In this document: in pieces, positions 10,485 through 22,330 of the stretch
Position numbering within the stretch: position 1 is the stretch's first letter
How the letters are laid out: every line of letters begins with the position of its first letter
Assembly: GCA_946965045.2 (NCBI GenBank)
Contig: OX337235.1
Span: forward strand, 1,240,001-1,304,000
DNA length: 64,000 nucleotides
Origin: Epithemia pelagica
Taxonomy: Eukaryota > Protista > Bacillariophyta
Direction: 5' to 3'
The notes under the pieces: model-generated
What the model was told of the DNA's origin: nothing
The model's input: only the letters and a program-made list of their open reading frames with translations
Database searches by the model: none
Translations under genes and position numbers: made by a program

Positions 10485-12210
10485 GATGATAATGCCGAAT
10501 GGAGAATCCAAAACAGAGCCAAAGCTGGATTCAGAGAGCGATAGAGAGAAACAGGGGAGACGATGATGAATCCATGCAAGTAAAAATTGACTTTTGGAAA
10601 GTGGAACACGTGTAGGGAATGAGCTTGTAGCGACGCACAAAAAAATCCAACCCCTCAAAATGTGAGGAGGACACAGCTCGGACGCGGAAATAATACTGCC
10701 CTCCGATGGTGCGCGCGCCGATCTCACTCTCGACACTTTTCTTCTTTCGCCTATTGTACTGGAAATCAAGCTGCAAAGGCGCAGCAGATTTTTTTACGCC
10801 CCCACTTTCCCCCCGGATACTCGGCACGCGAGACCGCGTGGACTGCGAACTCTATCCACACATTCAATAACCACAACAAATGAACAGGAAACGTGGAACT
10901 CATAAATACAGGTGCATGTATCGGAAGACTTTGTAACACAACTTTTCTAACCTTTGCAGGACGACACGAGGAGGGCCCTTTGCTCTTTGATGCAACATGT
11001 TCCATGCGCGTTTGTTTGCTCACGGCTTGTGAGTTGTAATCGAGATTTCGCGATATCGGAAGTTTCACCTTCAGATTATCCACTATCCCAAGCTACATCT
11101 CTAGACTTCCAGAGATCTCACAGAGGACGGAATGTTGAGGTTAAACCATGAGCATACTCGTATTAACCTACCCTCACCCACTAACTAGCACTTGATCTAA
11201 CTCGTTTCTTGCCTATTGTATAGCCTGTGGTCATTGGAAAACTGCTTGTTGAAACAGTGTTGGACATTGTTAGCATATGGGAATAGATGAGAGCATGTGT
11301 ATCGGTTGTTGTTATCGTGACAAGGGCAAGCACCGAGATCTGTGTCCGTGTCCGCGCAGAGGGACTTTGGGGCGGTCCCTGATTGTTTGTTGGGGCGAAA
11401 TAATGTTCTCTTTTGGGGGCAAATAAACTCGTCGAATCAAGGGAACACAAATGACTTTGCGAACTGTCTCGTACAATTAGTCCTACATTGTATAAGTAAC
11501 AATATTGAAGTAAATTTTGTCAAAGTCATTGTTGAGTCTTGGGGTCATAACCGGACATCGACGCAAGTTGGTTGGTCTCAAGATAATACAAGGAGAACTT
11601 GGTAAGGTTTTAGAGGGTCCCCATGTTTTGGGGGTCGTCGAGACACAGCACGAAGCAAAAGGGTGTGTGTGTTGGTTTGATTTGGACAAACAGTCAATTT
11701 GTGGATGGACTGAGGCCACACCACGGATTTATAACAGAGATTGCGACCATCCCAGTGCTGTGCTGTTGCGGTAGTGTTCCGCTTTTGGCCACTGCCATCC
11801 CATCACCTCTCTATAGCTCGCAGAGGGCATATCCCTCACCCAGATCCTCCCTATTACTCAAACTGTTTCCGACGAGAGTGGTCTTGAGAGACCCTATTGG
11901 GTATTTGTTGTTGTTGTTGTTCTTGTCGCCGTGCTGTTGTATCGCGACATACCACCAAGAAGACAGACTTTTGAGTTGCCAGTCTGCTTGTCGACGTCGC
12001 CGGATCAAAGACCCGACATCGTTGGATATTGCAGAACCAAGGCCAATGGTGTGAGATACAAACATTTTCATCCTCATCAAACTCGCATATACAAAAGCGG
12101 AATCAACGAGACAAGAGAGAACTTTTGTCTTTGACTCTGCAGACAACGACCTTGCTGATTTTTCATCTATTTTTTGCGACTGGAAAAGCCATTTTTGATT
12201 GTCAAACACA

Positions 12211-15200
12211 ATGGACGACCAAGACCACAACGACAACGACACGAACGATGACAAAATGGAGGAGGAGGACCGCCAGATGCAAGACACGAATACTACGGGT
12301 CATGAACAGGAGCAACCATCACCAGATGACGATCCATTGCCGCAGTCTCCGCTGACCAGCAGCAACAACGATCAGGATGATGTGACAGAACATGAAACTC
12401 TACCTTCCGAACAACAAACGGATTCTCTACAAGACGCACCCTTGACACCAGTGCAACAACAACGGCCAACGAATAGCAACGACGACAACAACACCGAGTC
12501 GCCAGTGGAAGTAGAGTGCAATGCCTGTGGGTTTGATAGCAGCTATGTCCCCGATGGGATGCTCCAGTGTCCATATTGTACGCATGTTCAGTACTGCAGT
12601 CCAGAATGTCGACAATGGGATTGGGAGTCGGGTGGACATGCCGAGGTGTGTGTCGAGTGTGCCAAATCTCCCCGCACCAAAAAACGGTCCTCCCCAAAAA
12701 GCCGGAAACTGCAGTGCGTCGAAATTGTCAAAGCAAGCAACCAAAAGGACCCAACAAAGGAGGATGAGAACAACAATAATGAGAACTTAACGGAAACAGA
12801 TCCCATGGCTTTGTCCAATCCACACCATCAATCATCTTCTAGCGTTTTTGAGAATGATGTTGGTGGTGGAACGGATTTGGCCAATTCCTCGGTCGGTTCC
12901 TTATCTTTGGATGTCATGCAATTGCAATCTCATCCCCAAAGTCCTACGGGTGCCAGTCGAGGCTCCATGGGAGGCTCTCATTTTTCGGGTCGCCCTCCAA
13001 CGATTCCGGAAAGTATCACGGCCACCTCCCCCGTGCGCTCCATCAACATTATGCGGACAACCACTACTTCTTCCAGTTCAATGGGAGACTTGGTGCATCC
13101 GTACTTGCCCCATCATCCACTCTACGAAAGCAGTATAAGTAGCAACAGCGGAAGCAATGGCTTGTCTCTGTTTAACGGCAGCAGTCACAAGTCATCCTCC
13201 AACGATTCGTGGTCCAATCCTGAAACCAACAGTGCCACGGCTGCGACGACTGCCTTGTTGCCGCCTCACGAGTCGGACATGAGTGCAATGACGGATTTTT
13301 CCGAAACGAGTATTCAAAGCGATCATCCTGTACCTCCTGTACCCGACGATGCACCTGCACAACCTCCACCTCAAACAACAACAACAACAACAGCCTCCAT
13401 GAGTCCTCCCTCCTCACCAAACTCCTTGGCCATCTTTTTGCAAAAGCAACAACATCAACAGCGACGACAACAACAACAACAACAACGCGCCAAACCAACA
13501 CGACCCAACAATACCCATTGGACTCCCAATAACAACAACTATCATCACACCAATACTCTCCGGGATCAAGTGTTACATGCAGGACCACCCGTTCGTCCAC
13601 ATTCCTCTATTGGTTCTTCTGTCTTGCAGCCACAATCGTGGCACAATTCCGACGACGAAGAATTTGTCGAGGAAGACTGCGATGAGACAATTGAGGAGAT
13701 TGTCGAAGATGACGAAGAAGGAGAAAGATTGAACCTGATGGGAGAATTTGACGAAGATAGTTATAGCACCACAGAACATAAGGAAACAATGATTGATGTG
13801 GAAAAGTTTTGGACCGAAGAAGATGACGATGATTCCTTTGATATTTTAGAAACACAAGAAGAGGAGGACGAAGATTCGATATTGGATTCCGTCATTGAAG
13901 AAGAGTCTTCGGTAAGTGATGAACCGGATCGAGAAGGATCCTGGAGATCACGGCACTTTGAAAGCTTGACCATGTTTTCCTCGGATGACAATGTGCACAA
14001 TAGTGGATCCATCTCCTTATTGGATAGTGCGAGTAGCAATGACGGTGCACCAACGCCCTATCATCCGAATCCACGGCCACAACCTCCACCCGCACCGCCG
14101 CATCCACAGCAACACCTCCGAAATCGACGGCATATGCAGGGATATGACACGGACGCTTCCTCCGATTCCGAATATTATTATGAAGTTTTGGGAGTGGTCG
14201 AGTATAGTACCAGTACAGCCGGAGAAGGAGAGGACGTGATTTATATTCGTGACGGGTCAGCTCATGGAACGAACAGCAGCACCGATAGTGCGGCGAACGA
14301 CAGTCAGGAATCGGACCCAATGAGTTTCGCACGTGCCAAACAGCAACAAGAGTTGACATCCTTTCTGCAAAATTCCCGCAACAGCAGTCTTTTGGAGAAT
14401 TTCAACAGAAACACCAAACTTTCCAGTCGTCCAAGGACGCAAATCGACACTGTCAAACAAGAAGGTTCACGTAGTAGGGAGACGGACGCCAACAGCTACG
14501 ACAGCACTACCAACAATCCTGGAAGTGCAGACAAGGGCAGCGTATCCAGTGGGCCTTCTCAAGGCGGAGGTGAGACTTCTGATTCGGACCGCTTCGGTGT
14601 TTTGGGAGTGGTCGAACATAGTACAAGTGTGGGAGAAGACAATATCGATGCCGAAACAGATGAATCCATGTATGTTCATCAAACCTATACGGATGATAGC
14701 GAATCCGTTCCTTCCCATGACGGCATGGACAAAAGCAACAAAAAGCCCATAACGACTGCAGCAAAATTTTTGAAGCAACTAGAAATGAATCGAAACGAAG
14801 TAAGTGACAGCACAAGCAATGGTAACGACGATGACCAAAGCGTACAGTACGAAAGCGACGAAGACGATGAGGAAGACGACACTGAAGAGACAGGAAACGA
14901 AATGGACCTGGAAGAGACTGAAACAGAAACTGAGAGAAATGAAATGGATGACGACCAAGTTATGGCGACTGATAGCAGCGATGATCCATACCCAAACAGA
15001 CATGATCATTCAAATGAACAGAAAACCCAAGATGATCCTGTTGCCGCGTCTCCATTTCGCAACGCTTCTATTCCTGGCTATGATGTTATTGTTTCTTCTT
15101 CGTTTGCTGCAAGGAGTCAAGCGACGAATCCTTCCGAGACGGATAATGACGAAAGTTTTGCGATTCCCTCCGATGACAATGAACACTCGGGAAATCCAGG

Positions 15201-18200
15201 ATCGATCGGAGGAACATCATTCTCGGACAATGTAGAAAGTTTCGCCCAAGACTATGGAACTGTTGGCGACACGGATCTGGCCATTCCGGCATCCGCAGTA
15301 CAATCACCGACCTCGGGAATATCGTTGGAGCAACATTTGAAGAAGCAAAAAAGCTCTAGCAGTATGAGTGTGGGTTCGTCACCAAAGAGCCGAACTAATA
15401 TGACTCGCGAGGCAAGCAGTCGTAGTCTTTTGGACCTTCCGAGCGATCATAGTCCGGATGAAAACAAAGACGAAGTCGAGAGCATTGATTCTGTAACCAG
15501 AAGTGGTGTTAAGGGTGTTGTCAAGATAGAGGAAGAAGAAGAAGAAGGCGCTGGTGACGAAGACGAAGAAGACGAAGAACAAAACGAAGAAGACGAGACG
15601 GAGGAGGAAGAACAGTGGAGGATGATGATGGAAGAGGACGAGGAGAATGAATACGAAAGCGAAGAAGAAACCGAGCACGAAAATCAAGACAGTTTAGAAG
15701 GAAACGATAGCGATCGCAAACTAAATCTTAGTGCGGGTACTCTCGGGGACGACACCATGTCTGTCAGGAGTAGTTCTTTTGGTAACAATCCATTGGCGCT
15801 GAAAGACTTTCGACAAGCCTATTTACGCGAATCAAGCTTCTCTAGTCGTGGACTCAAAGACTTTCATCAAATTTATCACTCGGATGCGAACTCAACCTTG
15901 GGCGACAATATGACTGTCGGTTCGAGATCAAACAGTGGTGAATCTTCGGTTGCTAGTAGCATCGAAAGACACATCGTGGAAGTAAGGGGCCTTGATTTGA
16001 CCTCCTCGTCGTCACTTTCTAGACAGAGTCCATTGGCGATGTCGGACTCTCGCCCTTCCTCTCTTGGTTCAATGCTAGAGTCGCAACGAACACATTTGCG
16101 CTCGCTACCAGAAACTCGGCGTTCTTCTCTTGGTTCACTGGAGCACCGACGGTCTTCAATTGGCTTGAAGGATGAGCCTCGACGTTCGTCGCTTGGTTCT
16201 TTGCCAGCATCTGGAGTCTCTTCATCCAGCGGTTCGGGGATGACGAGGACAGAAACTCTCAAGATGTCAATCAATAAGGCATTGAGGGACTACGAAAAAT
16301 TGTATGGAGAAGAAGCCGCACGCGGAGCCTATATGAAACTGGCACAGGCAGTGTTGATGGATGGCAGTTCACAACCAGTGACCGCGCCGAAAACAACGAA
16401 CAAAGAAAATAGGAGTTTGACATCAACGCTACCGACGGTCCCACTGTCCCCAGAAACTCCTACAAGGGAAGATACAAGCTTCTTGTCAACAGAATCAACG
16501 CCATTTTCACCCTCTCCTCCCACACTAAACAAAGAGAAACCACCAGAAACTCCAGCTACCACACAAACATCTGTAGCAATAGCTACACCTATCGTTTCTA
16601 ATACATCTTCTTCGAATAATAACATGACGAGCTCCAGAGGATTGTCTCCGCTTCTAAAGGGTTTTGGGAAAACCAAGCCCTCTTTCTCTGATGCCAATGG
16701 GGATTTCCCTGTTCGAGGGAATCAGCTGGTACGGTGCACGTCCCCCAGTTCCCATTCTTCATGGGTGACAGGAACTGAACACAATTTGCAGTATTCACCA
16801 ATGTCTGACCATATTGATCAAGCGGACGAAACCTTGAGATCGATCCCTCGAAACAACGTACAAACGACCACCGACATGAGAATCGAGAAAGATCTGCGAA
16901 AGCTGCAGACTTCTGACAATCAAAATGATAGAGTTTTGCCTGATACAGGGCAAAGGGAGGCAAAGGAGAGAAAGGAATGGGTACCTTTCCCAAAGGAAGC
17001 TGGTACAAATGAGGCGTCACTGAAGCAGTCAAAGATCGCAATATCCAAAAGTGTACCAAATACTGTGTCCGTTAAGACAGACCCTTCCATCTCCATTGAG
17101 GGTGCAGGAGGGGAAACTGATGTTTTTAAGTACTCAACATTGGGTTCACCTCCCTCCTCAAAAGGACTAGAACAACCGGAAGGAGCTGATTCCAACAAAC
17201 TGAAAGAAAGTGCCGGGATATCCAGAAACTCTGTTCCTTCAGTGGTCTCCGTACGCAACGACAAAATGTTTCCTGCATTGGTATCTGTACAACACAGCCC
17301 GTCCGAGAAAGTTGGTCCAACACAGATTGAAAGATCGAATATCAAATTACATACCTCGATTCCGTCCGTGGTCAATGTGCCTCTACACGAAGAAGAAACA
17401 AAAGACGTCACAGTCGTCAATAGTAAGATGCACCAACCAATTCCAGCTGTGGTGTCTGTATACACAGAGGAAACAAAAGACTTGGATGTAGAGGGATCTT
17501 CCGATGATTCGTTTCCGAAATCTGCCCCTCCAGAGACCAACGCTCAAGGAGACATAGAAGAGGCTGGAGCCTCCTCTAATTCAATTTGCGAATCACCTGC
17601 TGCTGCTCGTGGACCAAATTCAAAGAAAGACTGGAATCCTCTTTTACCGTCCCAAGGTTATGGTCTGCAATCTTACGCCCCCTCGGTAGCTGCCAAGAGG
17701 GATATCGTAAATCGTACAATTTCGCTTACAGATCCAACTGGAGATGAAGGAGCGGAAGGATCTCGGTATCTCCAATATCGGTCCGTACTGGCACATAGTT
17801 CCGTCGCACTTTCTCCGTTGTCTCGATTGCTGAACTTTACGTCCACCAGCGGAGAGGATGTGCAGAAAGACGCAATCCCTGATCAGGAAGGACTGAATGC
17901 ATATGAGGGCGAAAACAACGCGAAGCAACTCTCTGTGGACGAACCAGGAGAGGTTCCCGAGCGGAATAGTGTCAGCTTGACCACGAAGGCTGGTAATGAC
18001 TCGTCTGCACGTGTGTCCAGTTACCAGAACTACAGAAATTTGCTTGTCAACGCTCTATCGACTGGAAAGATTTCCATGGAAGAGCCAACTCAGACTCCTA
18101 CTGCGCTTTCTCCTCCTTCGGCAAGTGAGCCTTCGGTACCGGTGGAAAGTCCTGATCGTGTGGAAACGCCAGGAATAAAATCCGCAGGAGCCCCTCGCTA

Positions 18201-20007
18201 CCTGGAATATCGTCAATCCCTTGCGCAACGAATGTCTACTTTCTTTACATCCGAAACAGAAACCGCTGATCACATCAAAGTAGAACCTGCACCAAGTCTC
18301 GAGGAACGACTCTCATCCTATTTGGGGAAGACATTAGCGAGAAGGACGGCTGCTTTGCAAGGGTCAACGGATGACGACATGGACGATCAATCATCAATTT
18401 ATTCGAAAAGTTCCGGAGTTTCTGGGGCTGACTCAAGCTCAATGGCACCACTTTATAGGACACCTAGTGGTCGCAATTCATGGCTCTATACAATGTTTGA
18501 CGTTTTGTCTGATTCATCATCAGACGATGACTCCATTGAAGGAATATCAAAAGAGTCTATGGATGAATCCAGCGCTTTCAAGTCAGTAGTTCCCGATAAT
18601 AAGGCGTCATTGGACAGAGAGAATTCAATGGTTCGACAAGCCGAAATTCCCTTTAATGGAGAAGTATCGAATGGAACCGAAATGTTTGCCGATGAACATG
18701 CGGACCTGGAAGCCGCGATCCCGGTAGACGGACGCAAGAAGAGAGAACGAAAAGGGGGTAAAGGTCGTAAGAAAGGACGAAAGCGGGTACTCATGTGGGC
18801 ACTGTGCGTCTGTTTTATTTTTTCTTTTGTGGCAGTTGTGGTTACGGGCTTGGTTATGGCTGCTAGAAAAGACGACTCGGAATCTCCATCTTCTTCTCCA
18901 ACCGAAAATTCGCCTACCGCAACGGGACCTTCCCAATCTCCGTCTCCTTCACCAACAATATCGAATGCACCCACGGCAGTACCAACGACAGAACAAACGT
19001 TCCCGGACCAAGACTTGTTGGAGACACTCACAGAGGCATTCCCCGATGGTGCAGTACAACTTCGAAAAAGGAACTCCCCTCAGAACCAGGCATACTTTTG
19101 GATGATTGAAAGCAGCACTACGTCAGGTCTTTCAAATTCAAGGCTCATACAAAGATATGTTCTTGCCACTCTGTATTTTAGTACGAATGGAGAAGCATGG
19201 GAAAATAACACTGGATGGTTGTCGGACGACGACGAATGCAACTGGTTCTCTTCCTCCGCTTCTGCTTGTGACAACGGGATCCTTGTTTCCTTACATCTTG
19301 AACTGAATAAGCTGCACGGGGAGTTACCCGACGAAATTGGAATGCTCAGCAATCTCAGAGAAATTCTTTTTCGAGACAACGACTTGTTTGGGTCGGTCCC
19401 CGACTCGATTGGGGATCTGACGCAATTGCAAACCTTGGATTTGACTCAGAACCGGCTTATAGGCTTGAGCAGCTCCATTGGTCGCCTTGGTATTTTGAAA
19501 AGCTTGATGGTGTCCGAGAATAGTCTCACGGGTCCTTTGTTTGACGACTGGGGATCCATGAGCTCCCTCCTCGTTCTCAACCTGACAAGCAATGTCATTG
19601 CTGGTCCCATCCCTCCTTCCATTGGCTCTCTCCCGCGGTTGCTAACATTGGACTTGTCGCACAACCAATTGAATGGAAACATTCCACCCGAGCTTGGCAA
19701 TCTGGCTACTGCCATGGAGGTTATGTTGAATTCCAATTACCTCAATGGATCCATCCCATCCGAATTATCGGGACTCTTGCTGGTATCGATACTGCGCGTG
19801 GATGACAATGACTTGACGGGCAATGTCCCACTTCCACTATGCCAGACTCTGGGTGGCAACCAGTTTTATTCCGATTGTGATCCATTGGCACAAAATGGTG
19901 AAATCAATTGTCCCTTGGGAGGATGTTGCACTCATTGCTGTCAAGATGGCGTAGGATGTGCCTGTGTCTTTGCCGACACAGTGTCCCGTTTGTGTGGAAC
20001 CACATGA
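12211..20007 (+). CDS. Giant type II membrane LRR receptor-like protein: N-terminal MYND finger, ~2,000-aa disordered region, TM helix, S/T/P stalk, LRR ectodomain, Cys-rich C-terminal cap
   Basis: MYND CNAC...CPYC...YCSPECRQWDW...HAEVC (12517-12654). TM VLMWALCVCFIFSFVAVVVTGLVMAA after a basic cluster. QRYVLATLYFSTNG..W...GWLS...C.W cap. Plant-type LxxLxLxxNxLxGxIP repeats. Terminal DC...C...CCTHCC. First ATG is 12211. Confidence 0.85.
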   Translation: MDDQDHNDNDTNDDKMEEEDRQMQDTNTTGHEQEQPSPDDDPLPQSPLTSSNNDQDDVTEHETLPSEQQTDSLQDAPLTPVQQQRPTNSNDDNNTESPVEVECNACGFDSSYVPDGMLQCPYCTHVQYCSPECRQWDWESGGHAEVCVECAKSPRTKKRSSPKSRKLQCVEIVKASNQKDPTKEDENNNNENLTETDPMALSNPHHQSSSSVFENDVGGGTDLANSSVGSLSLDVMQLQSHPQSPTGASRGSMGGSHFSGRPPTIPESITATSPVRSINIMRTTTTSSSSMGDLVHPYLPHHPLYESSISSNSGSNGLSLFNGSSHKSSSNDSWSNPETNSATAATTALLPPHESDMSAMTDFSETSIQSDHPVPPVPDDAPAQPPPQTTTTTTASMSPPSSPNSLAIFLQKQQHQQRRQQQQQQRAKPTRPNNTHWTPNNNNYHHTNTLRDQVLHAGPPVRPHSSIGSSVLQPQSWHNSDDEEFVEEDCDETIEEIVEDDEEGERLNLMGEFDEDSYSTTEHKETMIDVEKFWTEEDDDDSFDILETQEEEDEDSILDSVIEEESSVSDEPDREGSWRSRHFESLTMFSSDDNVHNSGSISLLDSASSNDGAPTPYHPNPRPQPPPAPPHPQQHLRNRRHMQGYDTDASSDSEYYYEVLGVVEYSTSTAGEGEDVIYIRDGSAHGTNSSTDSAANDSQESDPMSFARAKQQQELTSFLQNSRNSSLLENFNRNTKLSSRPRTQIDTVKQEGSRSRETDANSYDSTTNNPGSADKGSVSSGPSQGGGETSDSDRFGVLGVVEHSTSVGEDNIDAETDESMYVHQTYTDDSESVPSHDGMDKSNKKPITTAAKFLKQLEMNRNEVSDSTSNGNDDDQSVQYESDEDDEEDDTEETGNEMDLEETETETERNEMDDDQVMATDSSDDPYPNRHDHSNEQKTQDDPVAASPFRNASIPGYDVIVSSSFAARSQATNPSETDNDESFAIPSDDNEHSGNPGSIGGTSFSDNVESFAQDYGTVGDTDLAIPASAVQSPTSGISLEQHLKKQKSSSSMSVGSSPKSRTNMTREASSRSLLDLPSDHSPDENKDEVESIDSVTRSGVKGVVKIEEEEEEGAGDEDEEDEEQNEEDETEEEEQWRMMMEEDEENEYESEEETEHENQDSLEGNDSDRKLNLSAGTLGDDTMSVRSSSFGNNPLALKDFRQAYLRESSFSSRGLKDFHQIYHSDANSTLGDNMTVGSRSNSGESSVASSIERHIVEVRGLDLTSSSSLSRQSPLAMSDSRPSSLGSMLESQRTHLRSLPETRRSSLGSLEHRRSSIGLKDEPRRSSLGSLPASGVSSSSGSGMTRTETLKMSINKALRDYEKLYGEEAARGAYMKLAQAVLMDGSSQPVTAPKTTNKENRSLTSTLPTVPLSPETPTREDTSFLSTESTPFSPSPPTLNKEKPPETPATTQTSVAIATPIVSNTSSSNNNMTSSRGLSPLLKGFGKTKPSFSDANGDFPVRGNQLVRCTSPSSHSSWVTGTEHNLQYSPMSDHIDQADETLRSIPRNNVQTTTDMRIEKDLRKLQTSDNQNDRVLPDTGQREAKERKEWVPFPKEAGTNEASLKQSKIAISKSVPNTVSVKTDPSISIEGAGGETDVFKYSTLGSPPSSKGLEQPEGADSNKLKESAGISRNSVPSVVSVRNDKMFPALVSVQHSPSEKVGPTQIERSNIKLHTSIPSVVNVPLHEEETKDVTVVNSKMHQPIPAVVSVYTEETKDLDVEGSSDDSFPKSAPPETNAQGDIEEAGASSNSICESPAAARGPNSKKDWNPLLPSQGYGLQSYAPSVAAKRDIVNRTISLTDPTGDEGAEGSRYLQYRSVLAHSSVALSPLSRLLNFTSTSGEDVQKDAIPDQEGLNAYEGENNAKQLSVDEPGEVPERNSVSLTTKAGNDSSARVSSYQNYRNLLVNALSTGKISMEEPTQTPTALSPPSASEPSVPVESPDRVETPGIKSAGAPRYLEYRQSLAQRMSTFFTSETETADHIKVEPAPSLEERLSSYLGKTLARRTAALQGSTDDDMDDQSSIYSKSSGVSGADSSSMAPLYRTPSGRNSWLYTMFDVLSDSSSDDDSIEGISKESMDESSAFKSVVPDNKASLDRENSMVRQAEIPFNGEVSNGTEMFADEHADLEAAIPVDGRKKRERKGGKGRKKGRKRVLMWALCVCFIFSFVAVVVTGLVMAARKDDSESPSSSPTENSPTATGPSQSPSPSPTISNAPTAVPTTEQTFPDQDLLETLTEAFPDGAVQLRKRNSPQNQAYFWMIESSTTSGLSNSRLIQRYVLATLYFSTNGEAWENNTGWLSDDDECNWFSSSASACDNGILVSLHLELNKLHGELPDEIGMLSNLREILFRDNDLFGSVPDSIGDLTQLQTLDLTQNRLIGLSSSIGRLGILKSLMVSENSLTGPLFDDWGSMSSLLVLNLTSNVIAGPIPPSIGSLPRLLTLDLSHNQLNGNIPPELGNLATAMEVMLNSNYLNGSIPSELSGLLLVSILRVDDNDLTGNVPLPLCQTLGGNQFYSDCDPLAQNGEINCPLGGCCTHCCQDGVGCACVFADTVSRLCGTT

Positions 20008-20642
20008 GAAGAACGCGCCCTGGTTGCAAAAGATTCATACAGCAAGTCAAAGGCCTTTTTTACTTGATACAGCATTCATTTTTCAAGACTGATATACCTC
20101 TGGATATTTTGTGTTCCCCGCCAAACGTCTTGTTCTATCGACAACGTTCATGGCCTGGAACAAACGTTTTCACTTTTCAGTCGGACGAGAAAACATGTTC
20201 TCGAAAACAGCGTCACGAATGTTTGAATGCGGATAGTCCATTTGTTACCCTCTTGTGGTTGCAACACAAAAAATAGAAACAAACGGAAGAATGGGATGCT
20301 CTTTCCTCCACGAAACCATGTAGAATATACTATAGCCGTTACACTAGTGTGAGTTTAGTTCGCAAGCTTTTCCACTTGGGGCAGGCCTGCATTTGTACAA
20401 AACCAAAGCGCCCGGACGTTCCGCCCTCTTTTGACTACCACCACACCACATGTCTCCTCCCAAAGTGTCGCGTCATTATTTGTAATCAATCATGACAAAA
20501 CGAGTACAAGCAATGACGCCAACAGCAAAACCAATTGCAAGTATTGCGGTCGTTTGGACCAAAGCACCGTATCTCCGCGAATGATTGCCGTGCGCGAACT
20601 ATTTACAAGGACACTCCATCTACAATACCTCTCTGTGGCATG

Positions 20643-22330
20643 TTACAGGGTCGTCGTCGTCCCTTGTCCACCTGCAGCAACATCCACCGTTGTGGCAGTC
20701 ACCCCACCACTGCTGGTTCGAAGAGGACGACTCCTCTGGTGCGTACGACTATTCTTGGGACGACCCGTTCGTTGCCGGGACAAGGCTTCGACGTCTTGTC
20801 GTTGATACAAGTAGTGGCGTTCTTTGGATTCGGCCCGTTTGCAAATGCCTTGAATGCCGTGATAAAATTTGCGCGTCAAGGTATCCAAATCCAACCCATT
20901 TCGATCATGACCAAAGGGATTTTCAATTTCACACACCATACTTTCCACACCCCACACGGCATAGGCCACAAGATTGGCCAAGACAATGGCCCACCATCCA
21001 TAATATTCAGCCCCGTGCAGGGGAAACAAGACAAACCAGACAATCAAAAAGAATCGGAGCAACAAGACATAGGAAAGGGGCAGGGGTGTATGGACAATGC
21101 GTTCACAGGTTCCCAAGGCGTCACTCATGACGGACAAACAGGTGAGATTAATCACTTCGAGTTGCCGGTCGGATAATTTGCCCGTTTCGGCTTGATGGGC
21201 CAAATATTGCGACATGACATCTTGACAAAAGAGGGGCATGTGTTGCGAATGTTGAATGTTGGCAATGTCTTGATGACACAAGGGGGGTGAAAAATGAGAA
21301 TGAGAATGAGGATCCTCATGAGGATTGTTGGTGGTGGTGGTCCTGCTGTCATGAGTATTGGCGGTCGCAGTGGTCATGCCCAAGGCTTGCAAATCCCGAC
21401 GAATGTCACGTTCCTTGCGCAAATGGACCTTACAGGCCACGGCAAAGGCGGCGGCAAAATAGACGGCTCGTCGACGATCCAAGACATCGTCATAATTGCG
21501 AACCTTGACATGAGCACAGACCAAGCGCGCAAAATCCAATACCTTGCGGATACTTTAGAAAGTATAGAGACAAGAACAACAAGCAAAATTCGCAGGAGCA
21601 GCAGTAGAAACATCCAGGGTGGTTTGTCCCATTTGGTTGTGAATTGAAAGGGTAAAAATTGTGAGCGAGAAAAAAAACGACAACATGCCAAAAACAAAAT
21701 ATTCTTTGAGAATCGACGTGTCCATTGGGCTGGTGATTGATCGGACTGTTCTTGTTCTTACCCTCCCCATGCCTTGCGTCCTTCCCAAAAGCGATTGTAG
21801 GCTTGATTGGCGCGGAAACTCAACAATAAAAACAAGCCAAACGAAAAGCCTCGCAAATCCATGTCTTCGTGCAACATGAAATCTTCCGAACAAAATTGTG
21901 CCCCCTGCACATCTTTGGGACTCCCACAAAAGTTGGTAAAGCGGGTCAAACTGACAATCACGACATTGTAGAGCCAAATGCAGTACAAAATTTCGCGATG
22001 ATGTTCGGGAAACCACGTCCGCAACGGTGGTTCCCACCATTTGTGGGAGGGATCGTACGTGACATTGCGATTGGGCGGTCGAACTTCCTTGGCACCCGCC
22101 TGAAAGGTTTCGACACTGCCAATCAAGGACAAGGAGGAAATGTCATCTTTGTCGGCTCCTGCATCCGGTTTGGTGGCTGGTGGTTGTTTCATGGTTGTAC
22201 TGTGTTGTTGTTGTTGTTGTTTCGAGGACGACGATACCAGTGCCGGAACACTGGCGGTTCGACTCGTAGTAGTGGTAGATTCTCGAGGAGACACGATCTT
22301 GGTAGTTTGCGTGGTCGTCGACCGTTTCAT
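20643..22330 (-). CDS. Bestrophin-like anion channel (RFP-TM/YneE-type), paralogue A; exons 22330-21762, 21552-20643
   Basis: LLLSFRANQAYNRFWEGRKAWG, CERIVHTPLPLSY and EIENPFG motifs. GTAAGA donor at 21761. AAG acceptor at 21553 restores frame (1479 nt), with one residue fewer than paralogue B at the junction. Confidence 0.8.

Noticed and set aside
11100-12200. AT-richer stretch with short ORFs as a transposon relic
   Set aside because: No terminal repeats or transposase/RT motifs found; treated as intergenic.
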